Assembly: GCA_964016885.1 (NCBI GenBank)
Contig: OZ024742.1
Location: forward strand, 70,122,001 to 70,186,000
Direction of reading: 5' to 3'
DNA: 64,000 nucleotides
Source of the DNA: Eledone cirrhosa
Taxonomy: Eukaryota
The notes beneath the pieces were generated by a model, which had not been told where the DNA came from, did no database searches, and saw only the letters and a program-made list of their open reading frames with translations. This document shows, piece by piece, positions 53,195-64,000 of this stretch (its first letter is position 1; every line of letters begins with the position of its first letter). The position numbers were made by a program, and so were the translations under genes.

Positions 53195-56100
53195 CAAATC
53201 TGTCTCCCTAAAAACTTCTTTCTCTTCAAACCTATATAATATATGTCTGTATTAATAAAACACCGATAATGATATATATATGTGTGTGTGTGTGTGTAAA
53301 GCTTTTCCCAAAATTCTTATTATTTGCAGCTGCCGGCACAAAATCGCTGAATATTCTATAACTACAAGCGATGCAATTGATATTTTACTTACTACAAAAA
53401 AATAGTTTCTAGTAAATATATAAAACTGGTGTTGAGAAAAGCATCTTGTTTAACCAGAAAATATAAAATGCATGTATAAATGTTTTGTTAGTTTTATATA
53501 TCCATTCTTTTTTTTGTGTGCGGGGGGTTATGAAGCGCAACTTAAAGCATCTTCAGAAATGTTTTGATGCATCAATTGAGTGAATCAACATTCCTGGACC
53601 AACTAAAGATCGCCATCTTTTTAAAATAATGTATTGGAAATATAGTAGTCATCTTTATATTTATTTCAGGTATTCAATAAGCTCAGTCAACGCTATATAT
53701 ATACAGAGTAAAAGATATAGGGGTAGGACACCTGAGCGTTGGGGAGACTGTCTATAAATTGTCTGGTCTAAGTTTCTATGACCTAATCGAAGTTGCGCAA
53801 AACAGGAAACTTTGAAAGGAATTAAGTCATGTTAGTGCGCAATCTGCTGCAGGCGGAGACACCGAATGATGATGATGCACACACACACATTATATATATA
53901 CATATATATATATGAGTTGAAACCGTCTAAGAAGATATGGAGGGCGCCGTGTGACTTAGAAGTTACGGCTCACGATCATGAGGTCGTGAGTTGGATTCCC
54001 GGCGAAGTGTTGTATCACTTTATTTCATGTTGCTCCAGTCAACTCAGGTAGCAAAACCGAGTTATTGTAATTCATAGAGCCAGCCTTGTCACACCCTGCA
54101 TCACACTGAATCTCCCTGAAAATTACTAATTTCTAATTCATTCTGTTAGCTGTACATAACATGCACACTCACACAGAGATGTCTAGAACCTCTCTTTCTC
54201 TATCTATGTGGAGTTAATAAATCTATCACCACCGCAACCACCACACCTCTAGCACTGCTTGTCGTTGTTTAGTCGTGCCAGTGTTATTGTTCCGGCGGCT
54301 CAGTCTCGCCATCGACCAAGCCGCCTTTCCAATCTATGTTGCCTCTGTTACTGCTGACTACTACCTTTGCTTGCCTCTCAGTCCCTTCCTCCCACTCTCT
54401 CTCTCTCTATTAACAGTAAAACAGAGAGGGAGACGTGCTGCGTTACTATTCTTACCACCCTCTCACTACATGTTGCTCTTTCTCTCTCTCTCCCCCCTTT
54501 TGCCTATGCTTTGTCTTGTTCACTCAAACCTGCTGCTTTTAGGTCATTTTATTAGACATGCTTTTTTAACCCTCCTTCTCTCACTCCCACTTCTTTTTAA
54601 CTGTATCTCTCTTTAAACCCTTACTCTCCTTAACCACTTCTTTACTCTCTCTATATATATATTTCTCCCCCTCTCATTGTAAACCTCTACTCTATTTATC
54701 TCTACACTTATGTTTAATCACTCTTCAACCAGTCTTTCTTTCACGCCTACTCTCTTTTTTTCTTTAATACTTTTACTAACCTTTACCCCTTCTTTTTATC
54801 CCTCCGCTTTCTATATTTCTTATTTTCATCATATTTATCTCCCTGCCTCTCTTCTCTTCATTCTTAGTGTTTCTTTTTCTAATTATTTATCTCTTTCTCT
54901 TTTATTCAGTCCCTCTCTCCATACCCTTTACCTTCCATTCTCCCCACTGCTCCACCATTACTTGTCATATTTGCAGTCGTCTGTCATATCTATATGGTTT
55001 GTCTTATTCTATATTTCTCTTTCACACAGCCAATGAATTACTAACACCAATAAAAATAATTATTATTATCATTGCAAACTGTCCCCCTGTTATTAAATTA
55101 TAACTATTGTACATATAATTTTCCATGTGAATGTTGTTGTTTGATTTAACTGTATGCACGTGTGTTTGTTGTTGAATAGACTTCCCAAATCCCATATTTT
55201 TTAATGTATGAATGACTTTTTTTCATTTCAATAGTTAATTAATATTTTGTAATTCTCTTTTTTAAAATAATGTTTTCGTTTTATCCCTTTTTTTTTTCAA
55301 AATTTCAGTCGAATTTTATTGAAATAGAATTTTTTTTCGCGTTTCTTTAATGATTTATACGTTTGTAAAGGTTTGCTACTCAAAACTATGCCTAAGAAAT
55401 CATATTTTCTATTTTGCATTTCTTCTGCATGCTAAACTTCATTCGAATTATTTTATAAATTATTGAGAAAAGCATGAATATGGTTACCTGTAAATCTGAG
55501 GCTTCAAGCCTATAAATAAAAAGATGCATATCTCTGAAGAAAAAGGTAATATTTCGTCTGATTCGCCGAATTCAGTTCGCATACTCCGCTCATATATGTA
55601 TACACACTTAGGGCCGACGAGTGAACCCTGTATGTATACGCAATAAATCTAGATAATTCAGGCGCGATATTTTTCTATGAAACTCCCCCAAAATTTCGTT
55701 TATAATTTATGCCTGTTCTTGTGAATTATAACATATAACTGAATATTTGTGTCCCACTTTATACTCTTGTGTTGTAAAATGCTGCTTTGTGAAGTTTCAA
55801 CTCTAATATTCGAAAAGCGAGTTCAATTCACGCTGGTGTCAGTTTCATATTCTGGCATAACTAGTTTAGTACAACCCAACTTACCCAAATATATTTCCTC
55901 ATAACTTTCTTAATAATGCATATTTTAAAGGAAATTTTGCAGAGATGCATTTTCGAAGGTATAAATTACGATTATGTTGATAAAATTGAAAGAATAATCG
56001 AAATTCATAGTTGCTGAAATGATATTCCGGTCTTGTAACAAGATAAAATTGAAAGATATGAAAAGATTCCGAGTTCACGAATCGCAATCATCATCATCAT

Positions 56101-58232
56101 TTTACGTCCGCTTTTCCCTGCTTGCAAAGGTGGGACAAGTATTCAGTAAATGAAAACATTAAGAGACAGAACTTTACAATAATAAAAGTATCTTTAAAAG
56201 AAAACTCTCCCTCAAATCACACTCCACCATCACATATGGGGGACTACATCAATGTGCTTTTGGTGATACACTGTCTCAACAAAAGACAAACACCTTTTAT
56301 CATATTTTTAGTGAAATATACTGTCTATAATTTCTAATTAATTTTTAAAAGGATAAAAAAAGAATTGTAGGGATTTTGTAATATAACTAACTTTCATGTT
56401 ATCAAATTGGTGTTTGGTACTTAGCCTAGCAAAGGTTCTTACATAAAATTGTAACATATGCTTTAAATCTAAATATGAAACTTTAAAAAAAATAGTAGAA
56501 CTATGGGTGAGTTGATATCAAAAGAATTAAATTACAATTCTATTCTATTCTATAGATCTGTGAGTGTTCCTTAAGAAATAAGATTTGAAAGTAATTCTAA
56601 GTTCAGTATACGACTGAACCAGTTGCATTAAAATATCTTCATTGACATAGGTTGGTCTTCTCTATAATTGCTCACTTTACATATGTGATAACTGAGAATT
56701 TGTAATGTTCATGATTGTTCTCATTAACATTTGTAAAAAATATTGAAAATACAACCATACTCATACCTTCTGGATTCATAATACCTAGTTCAATACAATA
56801 AAATAGGTTATCCATATTATCAATTGGCTTCAAATCTGGACAACAAATTAAAAATTAAACCAACTCTATTCACAAAATTCAACAAAAACCTTATGCAGTT
56901 TAGAAATTTGTCAACAGTGGAAAACAAGGAATAGCAACAATAATGATTGAGGATGCAGTTCAAGGTTGCCAGCCTTGAATATACTAAAGGGTTTCATACC
57001 ACTAGATCAGTTCATGATCAGTAAAGAATATCTACCATGGCACAATTGCTTGCACTCCAGGTTTTTTTATCTATGCTAAATGACTAATGCTTTTGAATAA
57101 ATCCAGAAATTTTCAGCATAATGTCCAGATTGCAATAGCACTCCATGTGATGTTCCACGTCTTTTACACTCACAGCTAATCCTACAAATCTAACTATTTT
57201 TTATCTTAGAAAGTGACATTGGTTTCAGCTCGAATTGCAATAAAGACAAACATAAAATATAGCTAGGTGTAGGAATGAAGAAATCATTTCAGTCTGCTCT
57301 CCAACCTTTGCTAGCGGGGACAGCAAACATTAAAACAACAATGATGTGTGTATAACAAAAAAAGTCTTTATCTTGTTGATCACATTACTTTCTGCACTTC
57401 TAAAACTACAAACCATCTTTTAAATTTCCCATTATATTTTAACACTGTCCAGTGTCTGTTATATAGAATGAATCATTCTCATAACTAAGTACCTACCATA
57501 AGGATTTATTAGTTCTTTTGATATCAAACTACTTGAATCTGTTCTTGGTTCTATGATATTCAGCTGTTTATTTTAATTATTTATATATATCTAAAAAACT
57601 GCCATTATAGCTGTATGTAAGAACATTCATTAATTTATACACAAAACACTAGCTTAATAATTGTTTCTACTTTAGGCACAAGGCCAGCAATTACCCAGTG
57701 CATTACTGGTACTTTATTTTATCGATCCCGTAAGGATGAAAGGCAAAGTCTAGCTTAATAATAATAATGTTTCTACTTTTGGCACAAGGCCAGAAATTAC
57801 CTCAGTGTATTACTGGTGCCTTATTTTATCGAACTTGTAAGGATGAAAGGCAAAGCTAACCTCAGTGGGATTTGAACTCAGAATGTAAAGTGTCATAACT
57901 CTGTGCTGCAAAGCATGGTGTCTGATGCTCTACTGATACTGCCAAACCAACGCCCTTAATAATAATAATAATAATAATAATAATGATTTCATTTATTGGC
58001 CACAAGGGCCGACATATAGAGGACAATACAAAAGACTGGGACAGGTTTTACAGAAAAATCGAGTAAACAATATGAATCACAATAACAAAGTAACAATAAA
58101 ATTACAAGAAAAAATTCCCCAATAGGAGGGATGACCACCCAGGGTTCGCTCAGGTACCCCACCAATCCTGAACGACCCGACGCTTCGAGAGCACCCTGGA
58201 AAGGCACCCCTCTCCTCCTCAAATTTACCTAC

Positions 58233-61200
58233 CTACAGCCGCATGACCAGAGTAGGCCCACTCACACGGGCCATTCTCGCCACATTCACCCACCTTTCAG
58301 CAAATGTACTGGGGTGGGGGGGGGGGGCAGCACTTCTCTCTCCACCCTCACCTTCCTTTCCAAGTGAAACTTGAATAAGTTGAGGAATTGGCCGAAGAGA
58401 AAAGTGTGTCTTCAGTCCTTTCAACCTCGTCCACCATACAACCTCTTTCGCTACTGCCACCAGACAGGAAAATTGCCTGCCCTTCCTGGCCAAAAGAAGG
58501 CGGCGGGTCAATCTTCACTATGAACTCGACCGATAGCCGGATCCGTTCTACACGCGACAACAGCTGTTCCACATCACTCCACAAGTCAGTTATGCACAGA
58601 CACTGGACGAGTGCGTGCAGAATGGTTTCGTCGCTCTGCGCACATCTCGGGCAGGTCCGTCTGACAGCACTTCTGTGCCTGTAGAATTTATCTTGAACCG
58701 GCAGTGCCCCCCAGTAGCACTGCCAAGCGAGGGATTTTTGGAAATTATCCATCGTCCCCGGCTCGAAAGTTCTCCGGTACAGACTGGTTAGTTCGACTTC
58801 GTTGACTCCCAGAGCCTCTCCGAATGCGTCGTCGCACTTGCCCACCACTAATCCTCTATAGAACTCAAGAGTGGAAGTTCCACTGACCACATTGCCCACT
58901 TGGTAGGGGGCAGTGAGTGCCTGGCAACATTCCAGATCCCACTCTCGATCTCTTCTTGACCCAGGACTGCAGCTCAGTCAAAGAAATGAGCTGCGGAAAG
59001 GCCCATCTGACAAACGGCGACCACACCTGTTCGCCATTTAGGCAGAATATCTGGAGATGCCGCAGCCTCAGCGCGTGCCTGCGCATCATTAACCACGGCA
59101 TGCCCAGCCCTCCACGTAGAGGGTGCTGGCAGCAGATGGACCGCCTCACCAGCGGAACCTGACCCCTCCACAAGAATTTGAAGAGGAGCCGCTCCAAGAT
59201 GGCAAGGCGCAAACGGAGGCAAAGGACGACGGTCAGACGGTAGTAGATGACGGACGCGTTCGCCACCTCCGCCCGACCTTTCAGTGATAGCTTCATCCCA
59301 GCCCATTTCTGGCTGAGACTGGTTACCCTGCCCGTCACCTCGTCCCAATTCTTATCCACCTGGAGGTCTGGCCCGAACCAAAACCTGAGCAACTTTACCG
59401 GTCCTTCCGTCCAGCGCCTAACAACGGTGTTGGACGGCATGGCCTTGCCTCTCCAGGTGCCGAATTGCAAGCCCACCGACTTTTCCAGGTTAAGTTTTGC
59501 TCCCGTCAACCTTTCATATTCCTCCAATAAGTTGCCGACTACCTCGATTTCTGAGGTGTCCGACACCATCACGGTGATGTCGTCCGCATAAGCCGACACA
59601 GCCTTTCCGCGTCCCGGTTCGAGCGGGATGCCCTGCAACAGCTCCAGCTTCCCCAGTCAAGGCTCGAGAGTCGATACGTACAGAAGGGAGGAGAGAGGGC
59701 ACCCTTGATGGACCGATCGGGAGACCTGAAACGGTTCCGAGAGGTGGCCGTTAATTTTGACCATCGAGCAGGTGCCGCTGTGCATTGCAGCAATCCAGCT
59801 TCTGAAGACGGGGCCGAAGACAGCCTCCAGATACCGATGGTCAACCCTATCGAATGCTTTTGATTGATCTAAATTGATCAGAGCCCCACCGAAGCCAGGT
59901 TTACACCCTACCCTCTCTATGATGTATCGCATTAGAGGGAGGTTGTCATGTATGGACCTGGTTGGTATTGCACAAGTTTGCGCCTCCCCAACCAAATCCC
60001 CGACGACAAGCACCAACCTCTTCGCTAACACCCTGGCCAAAATCTTAAACTCTGTGTTGAGCAGAGTTATGGGCCTGAAATTGTCTAATGTGTCCCTCTT
60101 GTTCTCGTCTTTCCTTATCAGCGTCACTACGCCCTGGCTCACAGAACTGGGAATACTCCCGTTTTGCTGCCAGTTGCAGTAGAGGGCTTCGAGGAGATTG
60201 TAGAACAAGTCTGGCATATTTACGTAAAGCTCGTAGGGCAGACCATCCAAACCGGGTGACTTGCGCCTCATGCAGCCAACAAGGGCATCCTGAATCTCGG
60301 CTGAAGTAATTGGCCTTTAGCAGCGCCCAGCGTCAGCCGTCGAGAGTTGCGGCAAGCCGTCGAGGTAGGGACTGAAGTCCACCACCATCTCTGACCCGCA
60401 ACTTCCCCCGAACAACCGAGCAAAATGTTGGCGAAAGGCCTCACACATCCGCTTGGAATCGCTCAGCTCGTGTCTGTCTCAGTCCGTCAAAGACCGAATC
60501 GTGGTTTTATTACCACGCTGCGCCTCTGTCACGCGGGCCCATCGAACAGCTTTGGTTCCCTCATTTCTCAGAGAACGGGCCTTACCTCTGACAATACAAC
60601 CCTTGTGTTTCGCATTGAAGAAATGGTCTAATGCCATTCTCGCTGCTAGCACGTCATCTGCAATGCCACTACCTATAGCCTCGTCTAACTTATCTACCAA
60701 CTCCCCCTCCTTTCTATTTTTCTCTAACGCTACTTCTTTGCTAAACTCTATCGACATTACTCTAATCTCTCTTTTGAGAGCCCCCCACCATCTATTGTTG
60801 ACGACTCCCCTTGTCAACTTTTTCTTAACTAAATTGTTGACCTGGTCCCTGTAAGCCTTACGTGCCGGAAATGACATGTTTAGCTTCCAGTAACCAGGTC
60901 CTAACCTACGCGTCTTATCTAAGTCGACCATACAGATCACAAACTTGTGATCTGAATAGGCGACCGTTTCAAAATGTGGACAGCTTACACTATTTCTGTC
61001 TATTTTCCTAATGAATATCCTGTCTATATACAATCTAGATGACCCTATGCGGTTAGCCCAGGGCCACACTGGAGCATTAGGGAAATCTAGTTGGTACCTG
61101 TCAGACAGTTGGAACTCGCTGATCAGGTTCTTGAGGCTTTTGCACCACCGGCTCCTATTGGATACTCCCACACAGTCCCAGCGTGCGTCTAAGATGCCGT

Positions 61201-61627
61201 TCCAATCCCCCACTAACATTAAAGGGCGAGACATACCCAGAAAGGCTTCCAGGCATCTAAAGAAGTCCGGCCGTCCTGCCCCAGTAGGAGCATAGACGGC
61301 CACCAGTCTAAAGGCACCACCTTCGTTATTGTTCACATCCAGGACCACCAACTTCCCGTCCGGGTCGCGGAAGATCGACCTTATCTCGAGATCCAGGCCT
61401 TTCCTAAACAGCACTGCCACCCCGCCTTCCATTCCCGGCCGGCTAACAGATGCAAAGATCTGATAGTCGTTGAAAATAGGGGCTAGTGCGCGCGTGTCGG
61501 AAATCCTGGTCTCGCTGACGGCAATTACATCCATTTCTAGAGACCTGAGGTCGTTGAGCAGGTGACCCTGCTTCCAGGACGATCCCAGGCCTCAAACATT
61601 TAAACATCCTACTCTTAATACGGCCAT
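58233..61627 (-). pseudogene. Tx1/L1-type ORF2 (APE endonuclease + RT + Cys/His domain), frameshifted
   Basis: MAVLRVGCLNV*GL, VAVYAP, GDWN, IDRIF, SDH, GYWKLN, KSPGLDGLPYE, FRPITLLN, DQSKAFDRV, QGCPLS, AYADD, CPRC...ETILHALVQC. Confidence 0.9.
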
Positions 61628-61638
61628 GCTTACCAGGT

Positions 61639-63579
61639 TTACTTACCTTCCGGGTTTTTGTGAAGGTCGGGTTGTTCGACCTCCATAGTTGGTGGGGTTT
61701 CTTTTGGGAACCCCTTTAAAAGTCTTGAAGTGGGTTTTACGTTCGAGGTTCCCACGTCTCTAGGAAAGCTGTCTCGTATTTTTTTGTATAAATCGAGCGA
61801 CATTCGCACCAGAACCAAATCTTCCGGCACGCGAAATGTGCTCGATTTAGAAATTTCCCCCTCTTTTTGTATATTTTCACTTCGTGCTACGAGGGCCATC
61901 AGTTCCTTGTTGGTCCTCCTGACGAGCACAAAGTTTTGTATGTTTTGTTGGTGTGATTTTATTTGTTTGCGTGGCTGTGGTGGTGATGGTTTTGGTGGTG
62001 TTGTTTCGGTTGTGTCTGTGTTTGTTGTGAGTGCGGTGTCTGTGGTTTCAGATGTGTGTATATTTGTTCTTGCGTCTGTTTAGGTTGTTTGCGTTTGGGG
62101 GATACTAGTGATGGTGATGGTGGTGTTATTAGAGAGATGTTTGCGTGGGTAGTGTCTGCGTTTTTTATTGTGGGTGATTTTGTGCTTTTTTGAGCTTTTT
62201 TTTTCTTTTTGTGTTTCCTTTTTTGTATTTTGGGGTATTTTGGTTTTCCCTCATCTTCACTACTGGTAGATGAGGGGTCTGTGTCTGTAAGTGTGTCTGT
62301 ATGTATGTTTATGGTTTTATTGGTGTGTGTATTTTTTTTGGGGGGGGGGGGGGGGATTTGACAGTTTTCCTCGTTTCCCCCCTGGGTAGTCAATGTTGGT
62401 GGTGGTCTTTCTATTGGTGTTGTTGTTGGTGGTTTTGCCGGGGCTGGTGTTGGTTGTGGTCCTCGCCCCGGCGTCGGCAGCAGTGGAGCCTTTCGACCCC
62501 TTGCCTCTTTCAGCAGTTGAGGGCAGAAGGCTCGCAAATGGGTTTTTTCCCCACAAACAAAACACTGCGGCCTTTTGCATTCGGTCATAATGTGAATGAC
62601 CGTCCCATTCTGAAGGCGGATGTAGTCCGGGATTGTCTTAACATTCTCGGGCCTGATCAGAAGGATCTCCAGTTCAACCCCGGACCAGTCCTCTCTTGCT
62701 GTTCTGGTCACTTCTATAGGGACGGTATCCGTCCCCTCCACAATCACACATCCCAGAAGCCACCACATGTCAAGTCCTGGTGGGATTCTGGGAATGCGGA
62801 GACGGGCCGTTCTTTTTCCCATGTGGGAGGGGTACATTATGACCTTGCTGGTTTTGCAAGGAGTCATAGCGTGTTTCATAGCGAGGGCTTCTGACTTGAA
62901 CAACACCCAAATGGTGCCGTACTGTCTGCCCCTCACTATGTACTGGGTGTCTTCTCTGATGCACCTCAGCGCGACTTCACATCTTGTGGGATTAAAGCTG
63001 CCCTTTTGGTTTGTGCTGAGATGCATCTATAATGCACCTTTCTGCGCTCCACTGCCTCAATAGCTTCTACCGGGACAGTTAAGTTGGCCAGGGTTTGCTT
63101 GATGAGCTTCCATGCCTGGGCCAACTTTTCATCTTTGTTTGAGAGGTCCATGTTGAAGTATGGCCTCTTTTTTACTGCTGCCGCAACGAAAGTGTTCTTC
63201 TTGTTTTCGTTGGGGGTGTTGTTGGTGTTGTTGTTAGCACTGTCACTGTTATCATTGTTGTCTTTGTTGCCACCGTTGTTCTCGGTGCAGTTGGTATTGT
63301 TGCTGTTGGTGTTGTCGCTATTTGTTTTCATGTTAGTGGTGTTGATATTGTTGTTGTATTTGTTTTGTTTTTTTTTGTTATCTGTATTTTCGTTGTCGCT
63401 GTTACTGTCATTTTTTTTTAAATTAGAGTTCTCATTGGTATCATTGGTTACATTGTTTGTGGTGGTGTTTGTGTTATCAATTTGTGTTAATTTCGCTGTA
63501 GCGCTCCTCTCAACTTCTACGTCGTTGTGGCACGACAGCAGACATATCGCTGGGGGGGGGGGGGGCGTGGCTCAGCCAT
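61639..63579 (-). pseudogene. Tx1/L1-type ORF1 (gag-like, CCHC zinc knuckle), frameshifted
   Basis: CFVCGEKTHLRAFC knuckle with low-complexity N/T- and P/K/T-rich flanks. ORF pieces at 62966-63331, 61959-63026 and 61639-61929. Confidence 0.75.
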
Positions 63580-64000
63580 GTTTTTAATTCTGTAGATTTT
63601 TTAAAATGTAAAAAAAGTTCAAATATTTGGGCCAAAAGGCCCAAATATTATACTTTCCCCTTCACAGGGCAAAGTCTAAGGGCTTATATATCCCTTACAC
63701 AACAAGAAATATTTAACAACAAATAATTTTAACAGGCAAATAAAGCAACTTACTAGGAGCGAGCAAAATACGTCCGATTAGACCAATAATAATAATAATA
63801 ATAATGCTTTCTTTATTTTAGGGTATAACAAACAAAATTCTATGGCTTCCTATATTTTAGGATGTTGCTCATTTTTTTTTTAACTGTTAAAATGTACATT
63901 TGTTACAATCGAAGATTATTCAGTGATATAAAATCTGTTGTGTAGGCACTTTTTTGTACCCTTATTTTTCCTTCCACCATACCCAGTACAAGTCAGGAAA

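Larger units (their letters stand above)
57986..63784 (-). mobile_element. Full-length decayed Tx1/L1-type LINE inserted in (AAT)n
   Basis: Two-ORF layout. 3' end AATAAA-tgaaatc-(ATT)n on the minus strand. (AAT)n at 57958-57984 and 63785-63805. Confidence 0.88.

Noticed and set aside
53660-53880. Candidate host exon after a tttcag acceptor
   Set aside because: No recognisable coding signal or clear donor; unsupported without transcripts.
54275-55103. Hydrophobic Leu/Ser/Phe-rich ORFs resembling membrane proteins
   Set aside because: They arise from CT-rich low-complexity DNA.

Overview
AT-rich eukaryotic genomic DNA dense in microsatellites and transposons, probably from an octopus (inferred from a recurrent tRNA-derived SINE resembling Octopus SINEs; not verified). 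No host protein-coding gene can be supported. The dominant feature is a near-perfect 5.96-kb palindrome (3564-9525, axis 6545/6546). It consists of two divergent, apparently 5'-truncated copies of a Penelope-like element (PLE) ORF (RT + C-terminal GIY-YIG) and sits in (TA)n, with a 55-nt tail on one arm only. About eleven further fold-back elements (mostly 0.2-0.4 kb) share this layout: (TA)n | arm | turn | inverted arm | single tail | (TA)n. Many carry minimal hammerhead-ribozyme motifs with palindromic stem III, and one (43713-44084) shares its ends and tail with the large PLE. This suggests a PLE-driven snap-back insertion system with non-autonomous fold-back passengers. The window also holds a decayed full-length Tx1/L1-type LINE in (AAT)n, RTE elements, RLE-type non-LTR fragments, a hAT transposon split by an inversion, Tc1/mariner fragments, many SINEs and a possible CpG-richer promoter region at about 48.6-51.2 kb. 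All alignments and folds were done by eye.
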